In this document: positions 26,527 to 38,704 of the stretch, piece by piece
Numbering within the stretch: position 1 is the first letter of the stretch
Layout: each line of letters begins with the position of its first letter
DNA from: Callorhinchus milii
Lineage: Eukaryota
Length of the DNA stretch: 64,000 nt
Assembly (NCBI RefSeq): GCF_018977255.1
Contig: NW_024704754.1
Location: 18,786,001 to 18,850,000 of the forward strand
Direction of reading: 5' to 3'
The notes under the pieces: model-generated
Databases searched by the model: none
Seen by the model: the letters and a program-made list of their open reading frames with translations, nothing else
What the model was told of the DNA's origin: nothing
Position numbers and translations under genes: made by a program

Positions 26527-29500
26527 ATGGAGGAGGTGCCAGTGCAGGTGGCTGTGGGGCTCCAGCAGGTTTCAGGTCAGAAAACTCCCTGTCGACAGGG
26601 CAACATTTAGGCAATTCCCTCGTTTTCGGTGTCACACGTTAAATATGAGGAAAGTTCTAAACAAAACTGTCCCCTGAGGAAAGGGGTTGAGGGTCAGAGG
26701 GTTATGTGACCTCCTGTTTACCAACACTGGAGGGCCAAACCCCTACACAGGTAGGATCACACAATGCTTAGCCCAGAGCGCTCTCCAGTGCTCACCCAGG
26801 AGAGAACAACCACCTCAACACTGGGAACACTCAGCAGGTCAGGCAGCATCTGTGGAGAAAGGAAAGTTTTTTGGGGAAAATGTACATTTATTCGTACAGT
26901 AGTTTTGGTGCAACAAACGACTCAAAATACAACATCTTTTGTTACATTTTTGCCATGTATCCCGACACAAAACATTCCACTGCATTCCCTGTATTCGGGG
27001 CCGCTCTTCTATACGGTCAGCATCCCCTGATGTCGGTCTGTGGGGCAAGGAAGACAAAGGAGAAAATGGGGCAAGGAAGATAAAACAAAGTGGGGTATTG
27101 CGACAAAATGAGCGACCAATTTTATTTGGGGGATTGTTGGCCAGGACACCCGGTGAGAGGAACTCCCTTCTCTTTTCAAATAACGCAGTGGGGTCTTTAT
27201 CTGTCCTTGATCCATCAATACTGACCCCAGTGGAGTTCCTCATCAAGGATTGCTGCAATTTAAAGCATAAAGCAAGGGAGTCGTCTTGTTAGAGATATTG
27301 GGACAGCTGCCTATCATCAGCATTCTCACTGTCGCTCTCTCTGACTTCACAGACACAGGAGATGGACACTCGGCCTTCATCGAGGCGAAAGATTCAAAAA
27401 GTCTGTCAATCGCCAGTAGAAACAGCGGAGGAGAGAAGGTGGGTAACAGCCGAGAGTTAGAGATTAACGATCAGGTTAAAAGACTGAACATACACGTGGG
27501 TTAACATTTCAGGCTTCATTGAGAGAGCGAGAGAGAAAGAGAGAGAGAAAAAGAAAAAAGAAACAAGCAAATGTACCAGGCTGTCAAAAGACAGACATCC
27601 GTGTATTCAGTGCTTGTTTATGAAGGAAGAATAGCCAACTTTAGCTCGGAACATTGACCAACTTTACAGCAACAACCATGGTAGCATCCCAGAGCCAGCC
27701 TCGATACAGATGTTAACCCTACCCTTGCTCTCTGTATTGCGTTGTGTCTCCACAGAGCCACAGCTTCACATTCGATGTTGTCTTCGACCCGGACAGTGAG
27801 CAGGTAAGACATTTCATTTCGGTTTTAAAGTCAAACAAATTCAACCTTTTTGTGTATCTCACAAATTGGCCTCCAGTGTAAAACCCCGATAACGAGGGCT
27901 GTGTTTCAGGAGAGGGTGTACCTGGAGCTGGTGAGGCCGCTGATATGTAAAGCAAGGACGGGCTACAACACATCTCTGGTTGTGTCAGGGACACACACAG
28001 GCAGTAAAGCCAGGCTGCTACTGGGAGACGAGCTTCAAACAGGGATCATGCACAAGGTAAGACTTTCTCCTGTGTGAGGGGACTGGATAACCGGTCACAC
28101 TCCTACTGATCATCAGGGACACATAATAATAATGGTAATAATAATCCTTGAAACAACGCCTTATCACATTGTCGAGACGTCTCAGAACGCTTCACAGAGT
28201 ATACTGCAAAGTGTAGTGACTGTGTATTTTGTGGGCGAAGCACGACAGCCAATTGTGCACAGCAACAAAAAGTCAAGGATCACATTTATCCTTCACGTTC
28301 GGGAGTACTGACCTTTATTAGAATAATACTCGATTTGTTAACTGGAAGTAAATGCACCGTGGGCTTCTTTCAGTTGTTGAAGGATTTGTTTGAAGATCTG
28401 GAACTAAACGAAGAACAGAAAACACTCGCCACAGTTTCACACATTCAGGTAAGTTTCGTGCATTGAGAGCTCGGAACATTGACCAATGAGGTCCATGGGG
28501 AGTGGGTGGACAACCCTGGGAGGGAGGCAGGTGGTGCAGGCGGATTGTGTCAGCCAATTCAAATGGGGAATCGGTGAAGAAATGATGAAGACATTGAGAG
28601 ATAGAGTGCAGGACTCTTGCTGTTTATTTTCTCACTGGTCGGATGGAGTGCGAGTGCTGGTCCTTTCCTGTTCCCGGTGTTGTAGGAACATAGGAACAGG
28701 ATTAGAGAGTTCCAGATTTCCACTACTCTTTGAGAGGGAGAAAAAATGTCTCATTTCACTCCTAAATGGCCTTAGCTCTGATTTTAAGGTGACGGCCCCT
28801 TGTTCTGGTGCATGTTGGTGACTGTGATAAACGATTGTCTCTCTGTTTCCTGCACCGCCTGCCATCACAGCTACACACGGACGGTTCTGCTCTCGATCTA
28901 CTGAACCCACACGACAGAACAATGCGATGTGTCCAACACCCAGTGCTGGGTCTGTAAGTGCAGCCTGTGTTTTACCCTCTCACTGTCTGGGCGCTGTGGG
29001 TGGAGGCTGGTTAGTGGGTGTGTTAGGTGTAGATACAGTGTTCAGGATAAGGTGGGATCTCACAAGAGCTGATGGTTTTTGCCTCGTTTGATTTCAGAGT
29101 TGTGGAGGAGCTGAGCGAGTTTGTGGTGGGCAGTTGTGAGGAGGCGTGGAGCCTGTACCGACAAGGCAGAGAGGCTGAAAGGCTGGCAGGAGACCTCGCA
29201 GACAGGTAGGGGGTTTGGTTTGGGGTTTGGGAGCACAGTGTTCCGTCCGACCTTTATAAACCACAGGAACAAAATGCCAGAGCCTTCAGGACTACACAAT
29301 GCACTCCCTTTCTCTCTCCCTCCTGTGGTTTCAGCCACTACACCCCCGAAGCTTTGGAATTCTCACCCCCATCCCTCCACCTTGTCCCCTCCTTCCCCTC
29401 TTTCAGATCACGACTAAAGACCTTCCTCTTCGACCGTAGTTACAATCTCCTCCTCCCTCCCTGTGACTCTGGGTCAGGCTCCGCCACTGTTAAGCGCTCC

Positions 29501-32500
29501 GAGACACTGCCCCTAGTGAAGTCCGCTGTATAAATGTAAGTTTTTGTGGTGGTTTCAGGTGCAGTTCATTGTTCACAGTCACTCTGGAGCAGCGGGAGGT
29601 CAGTGCTGGCGTGAGTGTGTGTCGTTCCTCTGTCCGGGTCTATGAGCTGCCGGGCAGCGCTGGGAATGGGTAAGTGTCCTCTCTCAGCAATGGTTCCTTC
29701 TAGAATGCAGCTCTTGAAGAGCCGGATAACAACTCAAGGTGGAACGTAAGCGTTTCCCAAAGTTACAAAGAAGTGCTGTTGTTTTTGTTTTGCAGTGAAT
29801 CTACCTGCGCTCTCTCTCTCTCTCTTATCTCCATGGGACGTCCTCCTGACGTGAAAGGCACTTTATAAATGGAATCTTGTTGTTGTTGTTGTTCCATGGA
29901 GTGTGTCCTTTAATGTGTGTGTCTCTCTCTCTCTGCAGTGTGTCTCCTCTGAAGCGCGCTGTGGATGAAGCGAAGATTCACACAGAGCCAGGGCTCGGCT
30001 GTACAGATGCCCTTCTGAGTCAGGCTCTGGGAGGGAACAGGTGCTCTGTGCTGATATCCTTTCTACACCTGCCAGGTGCGTCTCCGTTCAGACTGAAACA
30101 CAAGTAAACTCTAACACCCCGATACCCCCACGAGCCATCGTTGTGAACACACATACTACAGTCGCGTTATTACGGATTGTGCTTTAATCACATTGGTTTA
30201 ACAATGCATCAGGATAACCCTCTGTGTTCCCTCCGCCTTCGCCTCACTCCCTTTCTCGCCTCCTTCAAGGCCTGTCTCAAGACCCTTCTCTTCCACCGCG
30301 CTTTCTGTCACCCTCCTAACCCCTCCCTCCCTACTCTGCACCCCTCCTGATCCCCAACCCCAGCTCGAGTGAAAATCCCTGACTGTCCAGTGCCTTGGGA
30401 CGTCCTCCCGACGTGAAAGGCTCCGTGTAAATGTCATGTGTCGTCGTTGTTGTTGTGTAAAACCTTCTCCTCTCTGACCGTGTGTCTTTTGGTGGATGAT
30501 GTGAAGTTGAGAGGCTTGTACCTGTGTGCGCTGACAGAGTCCTGGCCTGGCGAGGCTGCCCTGGCTCTGTCCCTGGCTCGAAGCGCTGCTCTCCTCACCA
30601 ACCAGGTCCGGCAGAACCGCTGGGATCCCCCAGAGCTGACGCAGAAGCTCCGACTCCACATCCGCCAGGCCCGGGAGCAGCTCGGCTCCGGGAAGGACGT
30701 GTCGCAGCAGGAGGCGGAGCACTTGGCACAGCTCGTACACGAACTGCAGGCGAGTAACTCCTCGGTCACCCCCCCGCCCATTCCCACCTTCCCAAACCTC
30801 GCTGCCCTTCACTATAAGTCTCTAACGGATACATATTTATATTATCTGGACAGGTGGTGAAGAAGCAGCGGTGGGAGAAGAAGAGATTCCAGTCCCAACA
30901 CTGCCGGGCAGAGAGGAAGCAGCACCTCATTGCTAAGGTTGGTTTCTGCTGTTTGGTAAGAGAGTCCTCCACTCTGTGCCTACAGCCCTGTTCATTCACA
31001 CTCCACCCTGCACCCTCTCCTCCTCGCACCCCTGCTCTCCCACACGCACACCCCCTCTCCGCTCCCCACAGCTGCTGCAATGTTTTTCTGTGGGCAGGGG
31101 TTCCTGGAGTTGGCCTTGAAGCTGACGTGCAGCGAGCAGCAGCGAGTGCAGTTGGCAGAGGAGCTCAGACAGACACAACAGCAGATCAGAGAGGTTAAGG
31201 AGCGTCTCAAGAACGAGGTTGGGGCGTATTTGAAAGGTGGGTCAGCGCCGCCGGCCCGAGACTTCATTTGAAACCTATTGGGAGCAGCACAGTCAATAAC
31301 ACTGACCATTCCCCCACACCCCCCACAACTCCCTCCACCCCAACCCCAGCCAAGCTCTCCACTGTCTCGCTCCTCCCTGCCTCTGCGACCTATTGAAACT
31401 TCACCAACCTGTTCGCTCCGTCCACTCAGCAGGCACTGGCCTGATGCACGTCCCCCGCTCTGCCCACCCCACCATCGGCGGTCAAGCTGTCAACCTTTCT
31501 GCCCCCACCCTCTGGAGCTCCATCCCAGGGCGCCTCTGCCTCCTGTTTTGCCTCCTTCAAGACCCATCTCAAGACCTTTCTTTTCGACTGTGCCTCCGGT
31601 CACTCTTCCCTCCTCCACCTCTCTCTGATCCCAATCCCCAGCTCGGGTGCAAACCCCTCAATGTCCAGCAGCTCGGGATGTCCTCCCGATGTGAAAGGCG
31701 ATGTGTAAAAGCAATTTGTTGGAAAAGGGGAAATATTTTCTCAAATAAGTGACAAAACTTGCCTGAATGTTTTGTCCGGATTTCTGCTGCGAAGCTGAAC
31801 ACGGGGACGAGAGTGAACTGGAAGTCATCATCGGGAACATCCAGCAGCTGCAGACGAGGCTGAAGCAGAGTGAGAGCAACCTGAAGGGGCTCAGACACAA
31901 ACAGGACCAACTGCACAGTGCGACCAGAGCCGGCTACGAGGTGGGGGGGGTCGTCCTGGCTGTAAACTCTCTCTCTGTCCTGGGATTCTCCCTTTATATC
32001 TGACCCGTTGTCCAGTTACAGGAACAGGAGGAGGCCATTCAGCCCCCTCGAGCCTGCTCAGGAGTTCCAGATTTCAACAACCCTTTGTGTGTAAACGTTC
32101 TTCCTGATTTCACTCCTAGCTCTAATTTTAAGATGATGTCCCCTTGTTCTGGGTTCCCACCAACCACCAGAGGATGTTATTTCTCTGTATCTACACCCCA
32201 TCGAATCCCTATATTATTTTAAACACCTGAATTAGATCCGCCCTCAATCTTCTAAACGCGAGAGAATACAGACAGAGTTTATGGAACCTGAATTCAGGAG
32301 GGAGGGAGAGAAAGGAGTTTCTCCCGACCTCCTTGACAGTAATCCTGGAGACTGTTTGGTGATTGGCCTCATGGCTGTTGGCGGGTTGAGGGTGCTATGC
32401 AATGTTCGAGGCGTGAAGGTGAAGCTCTACAATGGAAGTTCTTGCTTTGCTCCCCAAAGGGCAGTCCATCGGCTGAGTCTGAAATCGACCTCCTGTATGC

Positions 32501-33818
32501 AACGGGGCTGGAGAAGAGGAAGTGCTTAGAGGAGGAAAACATGGCTCTGATCGAGAGAGAGTTGTCCAAAATGGATGAGCATAGAGCAGAGAAGGTAAAG
32601 CTGATACAGAGAGACAGAGAGACAGAGAGAGATCTCTGCAAATACACGCAAAATACATCCTGTTTGTTTCCACTTGTTAAACTACTTCTCGGTTGGAATC
32701 CCGACCACTCTTTATGGACGATGTTAACAATCCCGCGATACTATTCGAAAAGAGACAGGAGTTTGGCTGCAAATAGTAATACAGTAATCCTTGCATTTGA
32801 TGTAGTTTCCTATCGTGGCTTCCAGACGTCTCAAAGCGCTTCACTTGACAGCAAATGCCTGTGAAATACATTGAGACGTTACGGGCAAGACATGAAATGT
32901 AAGGGCTATTGTCGTCACAAGGATCCCTCTGTCAGGCAGGGGGGAGCGAGGCTGCGGGTGGGCCACAGGGGAGCACAGGGCTGCGGAGGGAGCAGGAGCT
33001 GCTGGTCCTGTACCTGGTGACCCTGCGCAGGGAGAAAGCCGAGGCCGAGAGGGACCTGCGGGCGCTGTACCAGCAATGCAGACTGGAGCTGGAGAGACAG
33101 AGGTGCCAAAGTCTCGAGGTCAGTCTGTCCCAGTTTTTTTTCCTTCCCTTGTTCATTTTTTTTCCCCGCTTTCTACGGGAGAAAATCAGAGCTGGGGGGA
33201 ATCTCAGCCCCAACCGCCCGTAACAGAGTATGTCAAAAGTAAAACTGTGTCATGGGGACGTCCTCCTGACGTGAAGAGCGCTATGTAAACGCACGTTGCT
33301 GTTGTGTAAGAAGTCTGGGGGTTTGCAGGCTGGGCCAGCAGAAGCCTCCTGACACACCTCTTCCCGTCTCGTCCCAAAAGATGCTCCGTATGTTCCGCGA
33401 GGTGTCCGAGAATCAGCGGGAAGCTCAGGACAAACGTTACCGCAAGCTGCTGGAGGAGGCCATACAGGACACCCTGTACCTCGCTGCCCAAACACAGCAC
33501 CTGGAGCTGGAGAATAGACAGCTGAAAGACGGTAAGGGTTCGGGGTGCGAGAGATTCTGATCGGAATGTTACTGCGTTGGCGGCCAGCAAAGATCTTCCT
33601 CACGAAAATCTGGGGAGCGTTTCCGACACGCCGATGTCGTCAAATTCGAGGGGCGTGATGCACTATTTAAGATGACGGGAGATGTGGGCAGGTTGTGGGT
33701 TAAATCTCTCTCCCAAGTCCATCACCCGGTGTGGTTTTGCTTTCCAGCAGCGATGAAGCAGCGAGAGCAGCAGGCTGTCCACCTGCAGCCAGACAGCGGA
33801 GAGTTCTCACCAACATAA
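26527..33818 (+). CDS. Uncharacterised kinesin-like protein with degenerate motor domain and coiled-coil tail (~654 aa, 17 coding exons)
   Basis: Exons 26527-26575, 27353-27438, 27756-27803, 27910-28056, 28374-28448, 28871-28953, 29098-29205, 29559-29669, 29939-30075, 30538-30749 (GC donor), 30854-30937, 31098-31236, 31795-31940, 32460-32594, 32936-33118, 33381-33531, 33748-33818. They total 1965 nt, with all phases compatible and no internal stop. Kinesin landmarks: MEEVPVQVAV, SFTFDVVFD, GYNTSLVV, DLLNP, VEELSEFVVGSCEEA, LFTVTLEQ, LLSQALGGN. AATAAA at 34110-34115. Confidence 0.88.
32015..32280 (-). mobile_element. CR1-clade LINE 3' fragment
   Basis: CAGAACAAGGGACATCATCTTAAAATTAGAGCTAGGAGTGAAATCAGGAAGAACGTTTACACACAAAGGGTTGTTGAAATCTGGAACTC on the minus strand, plus the CR1 3' tail motif (GGCTCGAGGGGCTGAATGGCCTCCTCCTGTTCC). 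Confidence 0.65.
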
Positions 33819-36684
33819 CCCACTCGTGGGCCAAAAAAAACAGGTCTTCCCCAGTGGCCGAATACCCACTACGCTCCACCGTCCTGACTCGCCCACCAAT
33901 AATGGCCACTTGGGAGAGGACCAGTTTTCATTACACTGTGGACGACCTTTTAATCTCATTTCGCCAACCCTTTGCCATAGCCCATTATACACTTACACCC
34001 CACATTTGTGTCTGACTCTCTTTTAAACTGTCAACTGACGTGGTATCTATGGTCTCTAGGCTGGGCAGTGTGAGTTGTTTTTGTCCTGTGTTCTTGTATT
34101 TTATGTTGAAATAAAGCTATCGCAGTGTCTAAGTAACAGTATCCAGATGTTCTTTTAACACCAGATGAAGAGAGAGAGAGAGGAACAGTCAGCCCAGGAG
34201 AGCAGAGATTTCCCTCGAGGACAGGTTAACAACACGACCTGGAGGCAAAGAGTTCAGTGGTTTAACGAATGATTCTGTCTGATCAATTCACACTAACCGG
34301 TTCAGCGTGTGTGAGCTCAGTGCATTTGCTTACACCATGGAAATGACTTCACTGGAGTCTGAAAAGGATTATAAATATCTTTATATCACTGAGCTGATCA
34401 TAGGAACCCATACATTGTGCCAGTTTTGCTTGACAAGAGAAAAGGAACACATTTCAGAACCTCATATCATAGAAACATTGAAATAAAAATATCAAAGCTA
34501 ATGCCGTTTCCGTCAGGGAGAGGATATGATGAGGAGTCTGATGGCAAACACTGGAATAAGAGCAAGAGACTGGGACTGAGATAGCAGCCATGATGCTGGT
34601 CACAGTGAGAGGAGAAAATGGTCCCTCCTTTGGCAAATTAACATTTCATGATTATCTGGTTGACAAGCGTCAGTCAGTGAGCGAGCGATCGAGCAAGCAG
34701 AGGGTTCGGTTCCAGCTGATTATTTTGGTAAAGCGAATGTTCCATCAACTACAGCACTCGATCAACAAGATAACCCGATAGACTAAACCAGCCTCTGCGA
34801 TGAGCATTGCATTATATCGTGCGGCGGGTGGGGGGGCTTGGTGGGAGGGAATCAGCCACGAGCTGAAGAAAGCCCAACTCATTGGGGTTGCATCAATAAA
34901 GCAAATAAATATTTCAGCTGCTAAAGTTACTGGAGAGAAGTCTACGCAGCCTCATTGCCAGAACAGAAAGGACCCACAGCACCGGATCATATCAACTAAA
35001 CCAAACCATGCAAAATATCCTCACGCCCCCATGGGTTTCATCACCTGTTGCACTGACACTGCAGCACAGACGGGGGAATGTGTGGCGGGGGTGGGGTGGG
35101 GGGGTTGGAGTGTATATGTGTGGAGGGGTGGGGGGGAAACCAGGAGGAGGCTTAAAGTACATATTTATCAATAAACTGAAATGCGTTGACTTTTTAAGTC
35201 CGTATTAAAAAAAACCCTCCGGTTTCTGCTTGGAATCACAAACTTTCCATTCGGAAACGAGAGGCAAAACACCAGTTTGGTAACCGGGTGTGAAAGCTAC
35301 TTCAGTCTATAAAGAGTTTAAGTGGATTTAATAATACTAATAATAACAATCCTTGCATTTGATATAGCGCTTTTCACGTCTTCCAGACATCTCAAAGCGC
35401 TTCATAGAATATACCGTAAAGTGAGTTGACTGGAAAGAGCGCCTTGGGATGTCCCGACCCCCCCCGACGTGAAAGGCACTATACAAATGGAATTTTGTAT
35501 TGCTTATTTTGTGGGCGAAACGCGGCAGCCAATTGCGCACGGCAGTGTCCCACAAACAGTCCTGCACACCCTCCCTGCCCCGGCCTCCAAGCACTCTACA
35601 AACATTGGACACAGGAGCCAAACAGTTTAAAAAAAGCAAACTGCGAATTACACACTCTATTGGTTCGCGGTTATTTTGCTGCCGTGAAAACGGCATTGGC
35701 AGGTTAAAGAAAATCGGAATAAAGACGTCTGTAAAAAGACGTTGATCTTTTTACATGGCAGTAGAGGGGATGGCAGTGGCAACGGCACCGGGGGTCCTAT
35801 ACTGTGTCCCTGTAACACGTCCCCCGGAGACCTCAAATCATAACATGAGCCTAAGATATCAGTAGGATGTTGAAACTGTCAGCTGTTGAGTATCGGGGCT
35901 TGCTATCCTGGGAGTAACAGCTGTGCAGAGTAACACACTGAACACCAGTGTAACACACAGGACAACACCTCCTGATACTGACAGGGGCGTCTGCCCCATT
36001 GCAGACGATGGCAATGAACCAGCCTCACTCCTTCTTTGCACCGCGCCAACCCCCACACACCCCAACACCACACAGCTTTCACTCAGCAATTCAGATGTAT
36101 TGCTTAAATTAGAATCAGAATGACAGCTAAATGGAGAGTGCTGCACAGAAACATCGGCGCGTCACAGAGCACCACGAACAGCAGAGTGTAAACCCGAGGC
36201 AGCTCAGGCTGCAGATACAGTAAACACGGCACTAAAACACTGTCCAAAGTCACTGCGACAGACGGCGTAAATGAGACACGGAATCTTTTTTTTTCTTTTT
36301 AAAGATAAACTTATAACCTGCACCTGAGGCTGACATTCAGACGCTTTCTAAGCGAGGTTTTTTTTTAATATGTAAAAGTGCAGTGATTAAGTCACGGGTA
36401 TAAGACTTATTAAGTGGTAAACCTACCGAATAAGATCCTTGCAATGGTACAGACGAGAAATTCCAGCCCACATTAAGCGTTGCTGGTGTAACCCGAGTAA
36501 ATCAAACGCCTTCAAGTTTCTCCTGGTCAGGTTAAGGCAGATAATTGTCACCCAGTGACCCAGGCCATCAGCCAGTCTCCGTAAGGTAAAAACCACATAG
36601 CCGCACCGTGAATAACTGCACGTTCCCTTATTCATCAGAATTGGCAGTAAAATGGGCAAAGCTTTTCGGCGCGAGCATAATCAA

Positions 36685-37085
36685 TAACAACAACAATCCT
36701 TGCATTCGTTGAGACGTCCCAAAGCGCTTCACAGGATATATTGTAAAGTGGAGTGACTGTGTATTTTGTGGGCGAAACGCGGCAGCCGATTGCGCACAGC
36801 AGCGTCCCCACAAACAGCCATGGAGTGAGAGATCAATTTTGTTTTATTTTGCGGACTGTTGGCCAGGACACCGGGAGAGAGAGAGGAACTCCCTTCTCTT
36901 TTCGAATAGCACTGCGGGATCTTCCAACGTCCACCTGAATAGGCAGACGGGGAGTGAGGTTTAACATCTCTTCCAAAGTACGGCACCTCCGATGATGCAA
37001 CACATGCCCAGAGTGGCGTTAAGACTATGCGGCTTGAACTCACAACCTCCTGACTCAGAGGTGAGAGCTACCACAGCACCAGCCT
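36685..37085 (-). mobile_element. Near full-length Deu-domain SINE (SacSINE1/AmnSINE-like)
   Basis: Minus strand reads a tRNA-like head (CTCTGAGTCAGGAGGTTGTGAGTTCAAG), a Deu-like core (GATGTTAAAC...CAGGTGGACGT...GATCCC...GGGAGTTCCTCT...CCGGTGTCCTGGCCAA) and the shared tail (GCTGTGCGCAATCGGCTGCCGCGTTTC...GAAGCGCTTTGGGACGTC). Partial Deu copies lie at ~27120-27210 and ~42725-42970. Confidence 0.75.
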
Positions 37086-37318
37086 AACCAGGGCGGTGGT
37101 TTCACTCAAGCAGCGCAAGTTGGAAAGATCTTATCCAGGTCAGTACATGGACAGAGAGAGAGGCAGACACACAGAGACAGTTAGAGAGAGAACGAGAGAC
37201 GCAGCACTCGAGACCTGATATCCGCATTGTTTTCGTATTCACAATGAGCCGCCAGGCTTTCAGCCTCTGTCTGAGAGAATGTTTGCCTTCCCACCACCAC
37301 CACCTCCCCTTCTCACCG

Positions 37319-38302
37319 CTACTTAACCCGATAGTACAGGTGAATGGCCAGAGACACCAGCAGCACAGCCACGAGAAAGTGCGGTGTGAGCTGTAACGAG
37401 AAGAAGCAGACGGAGAGAGTGGTGTTGACCAACATGGAGCAGGAGATGACGAAGAGACGAGTGATGTTGGTGTCGTACTTCATGACCACGGACATGAGCA
37501 GGCCGTTGAGGGCCTGAGTGCTGATTATCAGGCCCACCCACACCGAGTACCCCTGAAAGAAGCCTCCGTCCGGAGAGCTGGCCAGGTGAACCCCCAGATT
37601 AATCAGCAACCCAAACAGGTACAGGAACAGGTTCTGCAGGTTGAGCGGCAGCTGCTGGGATTTCAGGATGCGTTCGGTGAAGACGGCAGAGAGGCCGGAT
37701 ATGGTGCAATACACCAGCATCATGGCCAGCCCCTGCATGGTGATGTACAGGTGCGTTTCCGTCCACGGCTCCTGCCGACTGCTGAAGCCGCTGTAGGTTT
37801 GGCAAGCGCCGGCGGCCATGAGCAAGAACAGTGCCAGCCACTTGAGGAGAGACAAGGGCTTGTGCAGCAGGATGGTGTACAGCACAGCTGTGCTGGCGAT
37901 CTTGAGGTTACTGAGCACCTGGAAGGTGCTGGGGTCCATGTGGCGCTGCATGTGCACCACCAGGTTATTGTTGAGGGCGTAGAGGAGAGCGGGGATGGCC
38001 AGGGGGCACACACCACGGGCAGAGAGCGTAACGCCCGCCTTGCCACCGCGGTCCTGGGCTGTCCACAGCGCGATTGACACGAGGAGCTTAGCCAGCTCGA
38101 TGAGGACGACGACTGAAGACGAACTGAAGGGAATCTGCCCGTCGATCTTACACCAGCTGATGAGGGGGGCATGCGAGCCGTACACCAGCACAGACACTAG
38201 CAGCAGGAAACCCCATCGCACCCGGCTCCGGGCCCGGCCCTTGCCAGGCGGGGGCGAGCCGAGCGGACTCCCCGGCTCCTTCAGTCCGGTCATCTTCACC
38301 AT
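37319..38302 (-). CDS. SLC35A4: Probable UDP-sugar transporter SLC35A4 (327 aa, single coding exon)
   Basis: Multi-TM ORF with YGSHAPL, FSSSSVVVLIELAKL, AIPALLYALNNNL, HMDPSTFQVLSNLKIASTA, QALNGLLMSVVMKY. Syntenic position and uORF match SLC35A4. Confidence 0.96.
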   Translation of the reverse strand: MVKMTGLKEPGSPLGSPPPGKGRARSRVRWGFLLLVSVLVYGSHAPLISWCKIDGQIPFSSSSVVVLIELAKLLVSIALWTAQDRGGKAGVTLSARGVCPLAIPALLYALNNNLVVHMQRHMDPSTFQVLSNLKIASTAVLYTILLHKPLSLLKWLALFLLMAAGACQTYSGFSSRQEPWTETHLYITMQGLAMMLVYCTISGLSAVFTERILKSQQLPLNLQNLFLYLFGLLINLGVHLASSPDGGFFQGYSVWVGLIISTQALNGLLMSVVMKYDTNITRLFVISCSMLVNTTLSVCFFSLQLTPHFLVAVLLVSLAIHLYYRVK

Positions 38303-38431
38303 CGCAGTTTAAATATCGCTAAAAGAACGTTTGTATTCACTTGTAAACTCAGTTCGTCCAACGCGCAGATTGAAACAGGAGCGGCTCTGCTTGGGTTGGG
38401 TCGACCTGTGAGGTTTAAGGCAGCAAAAAAA

Positions 38432-38463
<32 letters not shown>

Positions 38464-38704
38464 CAAATTGGTTTCAGAGGCTGCTCTTTCAGCTCAGCTC
38501 ATTGAAAGTTCCCAAGTGCCTTCCCAAGCAGTACATTCACCAGGCGCAGAGCAAGAGAGCGACTGACTTTCTGTTGATTCTCCAAAGGGTGGGGGGGGGC
38601 AGGAAAGATCTCGCGATTGAACCTCTCTCCCTCTCCCCCCCGCCCTCCCCAACCCCGGCCCCCATCCCTCGCCTCCACCGCAGACGTCCAGTGTACCCCA
38701 GCAG

